A program made the translations under genes and the position numbers. From Camelus dromedarius (Eukaryota), in contig NC_087437.1 in the NCBI RefSeq assembly GCF_036321535.1, positions 37,512,001 to 37,576,000 on the forward strand: DNA of 64,000 bases, in the 5' to 3' direction. Under the pieces are notes generated by a model. The model saw nothing but the letters and a program-made list of their open reading frames with translations, had not been told where the DNA came from and made no database searches. Shown one piece after another: positions 1 to 64,000 of this stretch. Every line of letters starts with the position of its first letter. Position 1 is the first letter of the stretch.

Positions 1-1725
1 AATACTTAGGAATAAACCTGATTAATGAGGTGAAAGATCTGTACATTGAAAACTATAAAGCATTAATGAAAGATATTGAAGAAACAAATAGGAAGATAAA
101 CCATGTTCATGGACTGAAAGAATTAATACTGTTAAAATGTCCATAGTACCAAAGGAATCTACAGAGTCAGTGAAACCCCTATCAAAATCCTAATAGCATC
201 TATTACAGAAATAGAAAAAAACATTTCAGAGTTCATTTGGAAATGTAGAAGTCCCTGAATAGCCAAAATCATCTTGAGAAAGTAGAACAAAGCTGAAGGC
301 ATCACATTTCCTGATTTCAAAAATTTATTACAAAGCTACAACAATTAAAACAGCATGATCTTTCCATAAAAACAGACACACAGGCCAATGGCTCAGAAAT
401 CAATCCACACATATATAGTCAGTTGACCTTTGACAAGGGTGCCAAGAATACACAATGGAGAAAGTATAGTCTCTTTAACAAACTGGATATTCACATGCAG
501 AAGAATTAAATTAGAGTCTTATACTATAGACAAAACTCAACTCAAAACTGACTAAAGACTTAAATGTAACACCCAAAACTGCAGAGGTATTCAGAGGAAA
601 AAAATATAAGGAAAAATCTTCATGACATGGATCTTGGCAAAGATTTTATGGCTGTGACACCAAAACATAGGTAAAAAAAACCCCAGAATACACCAGTGAG
701 ACTACATCAGACTAAAAAGATTTTGCACAGAAAAGGAAACAATCAACAAAGTGAAAGGGCAACCTAGAGAATGGGACAAAATATTTACACACCATGTATT
801 GATAAAAGCTGAATTTTGAAAGTATATAAGGAAGTCCTACAACTCAATAAACACTAATAACACAGAAAATGGGCAAGGACTTGAAGAGACATTTCTCTAA
901 AGAGCACAGACATATGACCAACAGGTAGATGAAATGATGCCCAATATCACTTATCATTAGGGGCACACAAGTAAAAACCATAATGTTGTATCATCTCACA
1001 TATGTTAGTATGGATACTATCCAAAAAAAAACCCCAAAGAATAACAAGTGTTGGTAAAGATGTGGAGAAATTGGAATCCCTGTACACTGTTGATATCAAT
1101 GCAAATGGTGCAGCCACTAAGAAAAACAATATTAAGAGTCTACAAAAAATTAAAAATAGATCTACCATACGATCCAGAAATCCAATTTTCAGGCATTTAT
1201 CCCAAAACACTTGAAATCAGGATCTTGAAGAGCTATTTGAACTCCCACATTTGTTGCTGCACTATTCACAAGAGTAAAGATGTCAAAATAACCTAAATGA
1301 CCATTGATGGATGAATTGATATAGAAAATGTGGTATATACAAACAAAGGAATTCTATTCAGTCTCTAAAAAGAAGGAAATCCTGAAACACGGGGCAACAT
1401 GAATATACTTAAAGGACATTATGCTGGGTGAAATCAGCCAGTCATAGAAGGACAAATACTGCATGATTCCACTTATGTGAGGTATTTAAAACAGTCAAAC
1501 TCATAGAATGTGAGAGTTGAGTGGTAGTTGCCAGGGACTGGAGTTCCAAGGGTAATTGGGAGTTGCTATTCAATAGGCATAAAGTGTTGATTATGTAAGA
1601 TGAATAAGTTTTAGTGATCTGCTCTACAACATTGTCCCTAGGGTGAAGAATGCTGTACTGTAAACTTAAAATGTTGAGAGTAAATGTCATGTTAAATATT
1701 CAATAAAATAAAAATTTTAAAAAAT
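1..1725 (+). mobile_element. Degenerate LINE-1 3' portion (ORF2 C-terminal region, 3' UTR, A-rich tail) in SI intron 34
   Basis: L1 ORF2-like sequence (aatacttaggaataaa, tttgacaagggtgccaaga, peptide KIDLPYDPEI) broken by frameshifts; ends in caataaaataaaaa. Confidence 0.92.
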
Positions 1726-1958
1726 AATTATTGCTTGGATTAAATAAAATAAAATGTAAATTGCTTAACAGAGTAACTGAAACAGGTTGGTATTTAGAAG
1801 TAAATAAATTTGATTTAATATGGTTTGATATAGAGAATTAGAATATAAGCCATCACTTTTTTAAGGAAAGCATTCAAAATGAATTATTGGTCAAAGTGGT
1901 CATTAAATCAGAGTGCCGAATTTCTTTTAGTTATATAGTTAATCAGTATAAAACTTAC

Positions 1959-56274
<54,316 letters not shown>

Positions 56275-57161
56275 CTAAAGAAAGAAAAGAAATATATGTT
56301 TGAAATGTAAAATATACAACAACAAAAAGCCACCATTATTATCATAAAATTATCTATATTTTTTCTACTGAGTACAACATAAGCAGAGCTGCAGACAGCT
56401 CTATCAGTTTATAGTCTAAAATAATACACATTGGCAAAAGTGTAAACAACACACACGCTACTTTAAGTCAAAATAATGAATTAATGATGCATGTCAAAGT
56501 AGTATACTAAGATGAAAATACAAAAGGGAAAAAAAAAAGATCTCCAAGTAGGTGTGTATTATTCTCCCACTTTAGAGTATTTTTCAAGCCTAAGAAAACC
56601 CGTATTTACACTGTATTCCTCAGCTCCACAACAACTGTATGAAGGAGATACCAGTATGCACATTCTACTCACTAGGAACTTCAACTTAGAGAAAAAGCTA
56701 CTTTCTCAAAGTCAAAAAATCCAATTCTTCCTACTATAACTATTGCTCTTCAATTTCAACATTGCTTTCTTATAGGGATATTATAGAAAATAATATACAT
56801 ATAAATATAAATATTAAAGAAAATAAATACAAATATAAAGAATATAAATATGAAATGTGGAAAAGATACATATATACATATATACACACCATACATACAC
56901 ACACACACATATATATGTGGTATATATTTAGGAGTTGTTACTTTAAAAAAAACACTTAAACTATACGATCACCAAGTTCCACACTCAAATAATAAATAAA
57001 ACATACCAAATTCTCATATTAAAATACGTATTTATTTTCAGATAACATTATGCATTTGAGTTAGCATCCAGAGGTACCCTAAACGTAGGTTGGGAAGAGC
57101 TCTTCTCTAGAGATTATTTTAAAGTGTATTTGTTTAATTTAGTTTGGACCATGCATCTCTT

Positions 57162-57308
57162 TATTTTTATTTATTTTTATTTTTTTGCAGGGGTGGAGGC
57201 AATTAGGTCTACTTATCTAATTATTTTTAAAGGAGGTACTGGGGATTGAACCCGGGACCTTGTGTATGCTAAGCATGTGCTCTACCACTTGAACTATACC
57301 CTCCCCCA
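57162..57308 (-). mobile_element. tRNA-derived SINE (camelid Vic-1-like) with 17-bp target-site duplication, in SI intron 1
   Basis: gaggtactggggattgaacccgggacc...; flanks tggaccat(g/a)catc(t/a)ctt at 57145-57161 and 57309-57325. Confidence 0.9.
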
Positions 57309-57519
57309 TGGACCATACATCACTTATCTCTCCTAATCTTCAAGTTTCCATGGGTTTTCTGTATTCTGATTGTTAAATAAGTTTTAATTCAATGGCATAT
57401 ACCCACATAGAAATTTAGAATTTCCATGGTAAGTGTTATAAATTGCCAATTTTAAAATTAATTTTGGGGGCCTCTCATACTAGTCCCTCCTCCTGTATCT
57501 GTCTATGTTAGTTCAAACA

Positions 57520-57965
57520 CTCACTTGACCCAACCTAAAAACTTCTTTTCCCCCTTCCATATCTTTCTACTACATTCAATCATTCAATAAGTCATGTTGA
57601 TTCTACCTCCAGAATATTTTCAGAATTATACCTATATTTTATTCCCTCCAATGAAACATCCTTTTTGGACAACATATCTTTTACTGCATGCTGTTTAATC
57701 TTTCTTCAATTCTTTCACATCTGCTCTTCTAGGTTAGTTCCAATTTATGCCCAGTTCAAATGCCATGTCATATGTGAGCGTTTTCCTACTTTTAGATATA
57801 CAGTTTATCTGTCCTCTTTCCATTTTACAATAGCACATGGCATACCTATTGCAATTACTTATGCAAATGTTAATTTCCTCCACTGCATTGTTACATTCTT
57901 AATAGCAACAATCATGAATGTAGTTCAGAGCCTGACATTGAGTAAGTACAACGAATGAATGTTTG
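57520..57965 (+). mobile_element. L2 fragment
   Basis: Ends agagcctgaca...gaatgaatg; contains attcaatcattcaataagtc...ttctacctcc. Confidence 0.55.
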
Positions 57966-58950
57966 AAGATTAGCGTTCAATTTTAGCTTATGATTTCCTG
58001 CTACAGATATGTAAGCTGTTTATTGCATCAGCAATCTTCAGAGAACCCGAATGAATGTAAGCTAAATTTAATCAAAGCGACAGGTGATATATGAAGCTGT
58101 TTAGAAAATGAAACCCAGTTGCTCAGTGTTATGTGAGAAACGACATAGTTGCCTTTAATGTTTAACTTTAAATAGCTTAACTCTCTCGCTCAAAGTAATT
58201 TCTCTTTGAGACCAAGAAGCCGATAAAAAGGACTGTGCTTTTCTTTTGTTAAGGGAAATCTAAAAAAAAATGCATATTGTTACAAAGCTAACTCTCTCTT
58301 ACCTAGAAAAATCAAAACAAAATTAATGTACCAAAATTGTATTATTTATAGGAATAAACAATCAATACTAAAGTTGTTCATATGCTGTAGGCAGTAATTA
58401 TAGTGATCGTATTTTGGAAGACAGTAATTGTAAATAAATTTGGAGGGGAGAATCATATATTGATGTCTTTTCTCTGTATATTTATTTTCAAAATGAGTAA
58501 TACTTTGTTAGTTGGTAGCTTGATGTCTGATCTTTGAAAGATTTGCTAGAAAAGATTAAATGTTTTATAAATGTAGTATTCTATTCAGCACATACATATT
58601 TTCTTAAAATATATTTAATCACACGTAATTAGAGTTTCTCTATAATTCAAAATATTTTTTGATCCTGTTTTCACATATATGGAGCAATTAAAATAAACCT
58701 GCTACTTAAGACTGACAAAAATTATAATGAAGAGCTGGGCAAGTAAAATATTCTTATATCTTTTAAAAACTTTAGAAATGTTTTTTCCTGTTTTAGTACA
58801 AAGGGTAATATTTAAAACGGCAAATGAATAATGTTGTCATTGCTATCTGAAACAAGTACAGATAGACAGGAATATTGCTAACATAAATTAGAGGAACACA
58901 TAACTACTTGGAAACACGAAGTAACAAAGAAGTATGATTGGTAAACTTAC

Positions 58951-59013
58951 CTTATTTCATAGCCTGCTCTTTTTGTTATGTTGTACCAGAGTTGGGCAAG
59001 GCTGCCAAAGTAA
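58951..59013 (-). other. SI: SI exon 1 (non-coding 5' UTR); start position approximate
   Basis: Minus strand ttactttggcagccttgcccaactctggtacaacataac...gctatgaaataag|GTAAGT resembles the human SI mRNA 5' end and has a consensus donor. Confidence 0.9.
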
Positions 59014-59032
59014 TGATCAGGGAAAACTGCCC

Positions 59033-59045
59033 AGCTATAAATTGA
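59033..59045 (-). promoter_or_regulatory. TATA-like element
   Basis: Minus strand caatttatagct lies about 25-30 nt upstream of the inferred start, between SIF1 and exon 1. Confidence 0.55.
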
Positions 59046-59047
59046 GT

Positions 59048-59076
59048 TACTCATAAAGTTTTATTGCACTCTCACC
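59048..59076 (-). promoter_or_regulatory. SIF1 element (paired CDX2 sites) of the SI promoter
   Basis: Minus strand GGTGAGAGTGCAATAAAACTTTATGAGTA closely matches the known SIF1 footprint. Confidence 0.9.
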
Positions 59077-59079
59077 AGC

Positions 59080-59100
59080 CTATCAGCATTTAATAAACTT
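59080..59100 (-). promoter_or_regulatory. GATA site (TGATAG) with adjacent SIF2/HNF1-like site
   Basis: Minus strand aagtttattaaatgcTGATAG lies immediately upstream of SIF1, matching the known SI promoter layout. Confidence 0.65.
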
Positions 59101-59173
59101 CTGTTCAACGTGCAATCGTAAAAAATCTTAACCCTGAAAATAGTTTGCATAAATATTTTTCTTTGGGAATCTA

Positions 59174-59188
59174 GGTTAATTAATAATC
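59174..59188. promoter_or_regulatory. SIF3 / HNF1-alpha site
   Basis: GGTTAATTAATAATC approximates the HNF1 consensus GTTAATNATTAAC, about 160-175 nt upstream of the inferred start. Confidence 0.75.
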
Positions 59189-59679
59189 GTGCTCTCAGAT
59201 AGTCTTTGACTTCTGGAAGCTATGAGCTAGCCCTAGAACATAAAAGTACTTATTTATATTTTTTACTCTTTTTAAAAATGTGTTTCTTTTATTATTTGGG
59301 TGCTATTTTAATTACTGTTTTATATAACTGTGTGAAATTTAAACTTTCACTGGAAAATAGAAACATATTTGTAAGCTAGGATTTGAACAACATTTTCAGG
59401 AGCTAACAATTAGCAGATACTATTTCATAAAAGGCAGTGATTAAATAAGTTATCTCCTGTGTCTCATTTATTAACCTTAAGGTTGAAGAACTGATGAAAT
59501 CTGTACGAATAGAATGTAAAAGTAGAGACATATAAGTAAGTAATACAGAAATAAAATCAACATTTTATTTATTTATTAGTTATAGCACTAATTTAATTAT
59601 CAAAAATTATAGTGTAAACACATGCCATTTCACACAGGAAAAATATGTAGTATCAATTACAGTACTGGTTTAAGCTAGG

Positions 59680-59880
59680 ATAGTGTTTAAGAGCAAAGGA
59701 CTTGATAGTAGAAACCTGGGTACAAATACCAGCTGTACTACATATACCTGAGAAAATGTGGGCAAATTTATTAATTTTTTAAAGACTCAATCTCTTTATC
59801 TACAAAGCAGAAATAAAAATACTTATTCATAGGGTCATTGTGAGAATTATGTGAGTTCATGTAACCTATTATCATTATTA
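59680..59880 (+). mobile_element. MIR SINE
   Basis: gtgtttaagagc...cctgggtacaaataccagct...tcatagggtcattgtgagaatta. Confidence 0.75.
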
Positions 59881-60261
59881 CAGCTCTGCTCTCACAATGA
59901 GTCCAATCTGACTCTGAAATGGTTAGTAACTGAGTTCTGCATATAATCTGGACACTACCTTTTCAAATAAATATGTATTAAAATAATTTGGTTGCACAAA
60001 GTAGAGTACTTAGTTTTTTGAGGCATCCTGAATATCAGTTTAAAGAGCAACAGTAAAAGAAGTATATGCATGGATTACTGCTAGACTCTGGGGAGATAAA
60101 AAGGAGAATTTCCAGTATATAAAGAGCAGTGATATGGAAATAAGATTAGAATTATTCTAGAATGGTCTCAATGGGCAAGACTAAGTCCAATGTAACAAAT
60201 TATAAGTGATTTCCTCTCTATTCACAAAGCACATAATTAGATAAGTGGAAAATCTTGTTAA

Positions 60262-60391
60262 ATCAACCTCAAACTCCTAGAACCAAGATGTGAGTGTAGC
60301 AAGGTCACAGGATATAAGGTCAGTATACGAAAGTCAATCGTGTTCCTACAAAACAGCAATGATGACTGGAAACTGAAACTAAAATATAGAC

Positions 60392-60433
<42 letters not shown>

Positions 60434-60885
60434 CAAGAAAAATATGTATCATATATAGAGATATATAAATAAATGAGCTATGATAGCATGAAAAATGAGC
60501 ACTTGGGTATAAATCCAACAAAATATGTGTAGAATCTCTTCGGAAAACAACAAATTGTTGATGAAAGAAGTCAAAGAACTGAATAAATGGAGAGGTAAAC
60601 CATATTTATGGATTAGAAAACTCAATATTGTTAAGTGGGTGTTCTTAACAATTAGATCTATATATTCAATATAATTTCAATAAAAATCCCAGCAAATAGA
60701 TAGAGGCAAGTTGACTGTGAATTTTCTGCATTAGTGTTTATAGAAACATTACTAACAATTTCCCCAAACTGGTAATAACTCAGGTATCCATCTACACTTG
60801 GCATATGTATACAATAGTGTACTACTCAGCAGTGAAAAGTTAGGAATATTGATTCATGCAAAAACATGGACCAACCCTAAAATTT
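60262..60885 (+). mobile_element. Old L1 ORF2 fragments with an embedded (GATA)n microsatellite (about 60387-60433)
   Basis: agcaaggtcacaggatataaggtca...aaactcaatattgttaag...aaaatcccagca. Confidence 0.8.
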
Positions 60886-63479
60886 GGGTTAGTTGGTTTC
60901 CCTTCAATTTCAGTTTTCTGACTGGATCAAAATAAAGTAATTAATTAGTGGTTTGACCACCATTTTTTCCACTCTTGTAAGAGTGAGAATAAACACTTTC
61001 CAGCTTCCCATAGCTTTGAATTGAAACTAAATCTCTGTTAAGTTTTAATTAGTCATCTTTTAGATTTTCTTTTATATGTAGACACATTTTAAGTGATAGT
61101 TTTTGTGCTATTTAAAAAGCTTCATGTGATTTTAAATTTTCATATCTTCAACTTCGTATCAAGATTTCCCTGTCTGGTGCCATGAGCTGACCTTTGCTTT
61201 AAGCAGTTTTTTTGCTCCCTCTGTTCCATATATCCTCCTTACCTAGTTCTGTTCTATTCATTAACCTCACCAATAAGGGAGCAACGTCCTCATGAATTGC
61301 TTAGATGGTAAATTCAGACAATACCACAATATAAGGGTACACAATTAAAGATACAAAAAATTACATACAGTAATGAAAAAAGACATTTTAACTTATAAAT
61401 ATATTGTTTTTCTTGCAAAGCAATTATAAGTTTTAAAAATTTCACTTATCAATATACAAATTATACAAATATTTACAACTTCATGAAATAAAATAACAGA
61501 TAAATTGAGATGGGTAGGCAATAGGCAAAAAACAGTTGCAAACACCAAGAGTAAAATTAAACCATACCTGGTAACTGACATTTTTAGTAATCAGAACATT
61601 TAAGTGCTCACCTACTCTCTTCATGGACTTTACTGTATTTAGACTTTGAAATATGCATTTCAGTATAACTTATGCATATCAACTTATGCATATGCATATA
61701 ACTTATGCAACATACACTCTAGGTTAAAAGTTATATGATTTACTATTCTAGTTTCATATATTGCTGGCCAGAAGAATACAAAAAAAGAGAAGAGAAAAAT
61801 CTGATATTCACAGTGATGATGCAGAGGTACTTCGAAACCCTGAATCACCAAAAGTGTCCTATTTCTTTCAAAGGCCTATGAAAAATCTAGAAAGAAAATG
61901 GCCATATAAGTAGAGAAGAAGGGCTGTAAGGAGGTTCTAGGAATTGTTAAATTTGTTTGAGTTGTTATCTCTTAAAGCCAGAAGGAGATGCAGTAGATAC
62001 AAATACAAAGACAGAAGCCAAGGTTCCTGCTTCAAGACACATATAAAACATTGAATGGAAAGAAATTTAGAAGAAAAGTAAAGGGCTAGAAGCCAGCACC
62101 ACGAGAGAGACCAAAACCCGGGGGACTATGTGAAGAGTGCCAGAAGATAGGACATAGATAAGTACTAGTACCTCAATGTTATCATTCACTGATAAAACGG
62201 CACAGTTGACTCTCCTTTTTTTATATTTAGGTCTCACTATTCTTAAAAGCTTTAGACCCAAATTTCCAGATAACTCATCTTTAGTAGATCTAAACCAGAA
62301 GTCATCATCTCCATCAAGATCATTATCTATCTCTTTATCCTAATATCTCGTGTTTTCTCCAAGTCATAAAGGCTCAAAATTTTCAACTTTTTGTTCAGCA
62401 TCATATGCAGACACTTAATTCTGCAAGTGCCCTCCCTCGAGATCTTATACACTATCTTTCTTTACTGCTTTACTGCAGTCACTGTAATTTATAACTTCAA
62501 GTCTACATTACTGTAATTCTTTCCTAACTTCTTTTTCCAGACTCCAGTTATTCTAGTTCTCTCTTTTCCCCTAAAGTATCCTACCTCTCTCCAACAAAAT
62601 AATGCAACTTGTTCTGATCCAAATGCAGTATTCCAACAGCACCAACTGCCTGGAGGTAAAGATCTAAACTACTTAACCTTATATTTAAAACTCTAAATTT
62701 GGTGTTTGCCATTTTATCTTACTTCCCAGGTAGCTCACTCTCTGGCCATGCTAAGCTCTTCCATTTTCTTAAGCTCACACCTGTGCTTATTTGGTCCAGA
62801 AACTGCATTGCCCTTCCTTAATGCAAACTGTATCTATCTTTCCAGTATCAGTTGACATCATTCTTCTTCCAAAGAAACTCTTCAAATCCATCTACTTGCC
62901 CTCAAGAGCGCTAATTTCTCCCCACTCCCCTCCATAACAGTGTATTTCATACTTGGTGTTCCAGTACTCTCTTAGCCTCTCTCATATTACAGCTATCCAT
63001 GCTTGCTCATATTTTCCACGAGACTGAGAATAGAGAGCAAGGACAATACCCTCCTCACCTTTACTTAATTCACAATAACACACAACTTTTTTTTTTTTTT
63101 TATGAAGCAGGGTATAGCAGTGACTTGTCAATTGTATACCTACATCAATATTCCCTTGTCAAATCCCACTGGCCAAAGATCACCAGGAACACGACTGTAG
63201 TCAAACAAGGAAGAGCAGGGTGTCTCAGCTAAAGTTGAGAGGTATTTATTACAGGACTTGGACTTATGCTAAGGGAGTGTAAAGAGAAATTAGAGAAGGG
63301 GCGGGCACTAGGTCTGGATTGGATAATGTCCAGAAGTGAGGGCAATTCAATAATTAGGTGTCATAATCCTTGTTCAGGAGGTGGGAGGAACAAAATGGAA
63401 CTGGGGACAGCATTGATAATAAAGCAGCAATACGCTTATAAGTCAATTTTTGCAACAACAGTATAGCCTACTTAAAAGC

Positions 63480-63980
63480 ACTGTTTATCACAGTCTCGCC
63501 AGCAGCAGTGCCAATTTTTCATCTCTCTTTTCTTCCTTTTAGTGGCAGAATCCCCTAAATTTAATAAGGTGCATGCCTATCCATCTATAAATTACATTGT
63601 CCAATCTCTCAGATGCTGATTTTGTCTATGAAACTAAATTCTAGTCAGTGGGATGAAACCAGAGTTCATGCATGCAACTTCTACATTATGTTTTTAAGAA
63701 GAAATGGCTTGCCCCCTACATCCTCTATTTGATTCTTTCTATAAGTCAAACACACATATAGTTCTGAAAGTCAGCTTTGACCATGTATCCCCAAGGAGTA
63801 CTGGAATAAGAAGCTAGGAGAGACTCAGAATCCTGGATCACATTGTGAACCAGTTACCTATCCAGTCTAGATCATTAACTTTCCTCTGAACTGTTATGAG
63901 AGAGAAATAATCTATCTTCCTTGAGCCGGTGAAGATTTGAGTCTCTTTATAAGAGTACTTTATACACATATGATACAGAT
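63480..63980. mobile_element. MaLR (MLT1-like) LTR remnant
   Basis: aaattctagtcagtgggatg...tgttatgagagagaaataatctatctt. Confidence 0.6.
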
Positions 63981-64000
63981 GGTGAGAATAGATATTGGTT

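Noticed and set aside
947..1690. Cluster of ORFs at the left end as genes
   Set aside because: They are broken frames and antisense frames of a decayed L1.
59200..64000. A second gene or novel system upstream of SI
   Set aside because: I see only repeat remnants and short featureless ORFs, with no CpG island or spliceable coding exons.

Overview
AT-rich mammalian genomic DNA, probably camelid judging by Vic-1-like tRNA-derived SINEs (inference). One gene dominates the window: sucrase-isomaltase (SI, glycoside hydrolase family 31) on the minus strand. The window holds the proximal promoter (SIF1/CDX2, GATA and HNF1-like sites at about 59.0-59.2 kb), non-coding exon 1 and coding exons 2-34 (56274 down to 1959). 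I read each exon by hand. All have GT/AG boundaries and splice into an uninterrupted 4062-nt frame (1354 codons) covering the signal-anchor, stalk, trefoil 1, the whole isomaltase subunit (catalytic D505 and D604), trefoil 2 and the first part of the sucrase subunit. The gene continues beyond the left edge, so the sucrase catalytic residues are not visible. The rest is intron or upstream sequence with L1, L2, MIR, MaLR/ERVL LTRs, SINEs and microsatellites. Most ORF-track entries are spurious or exon read-throughs. I found no new biological system. The findings are local oddities of splicing, duplication and retrotransposition.
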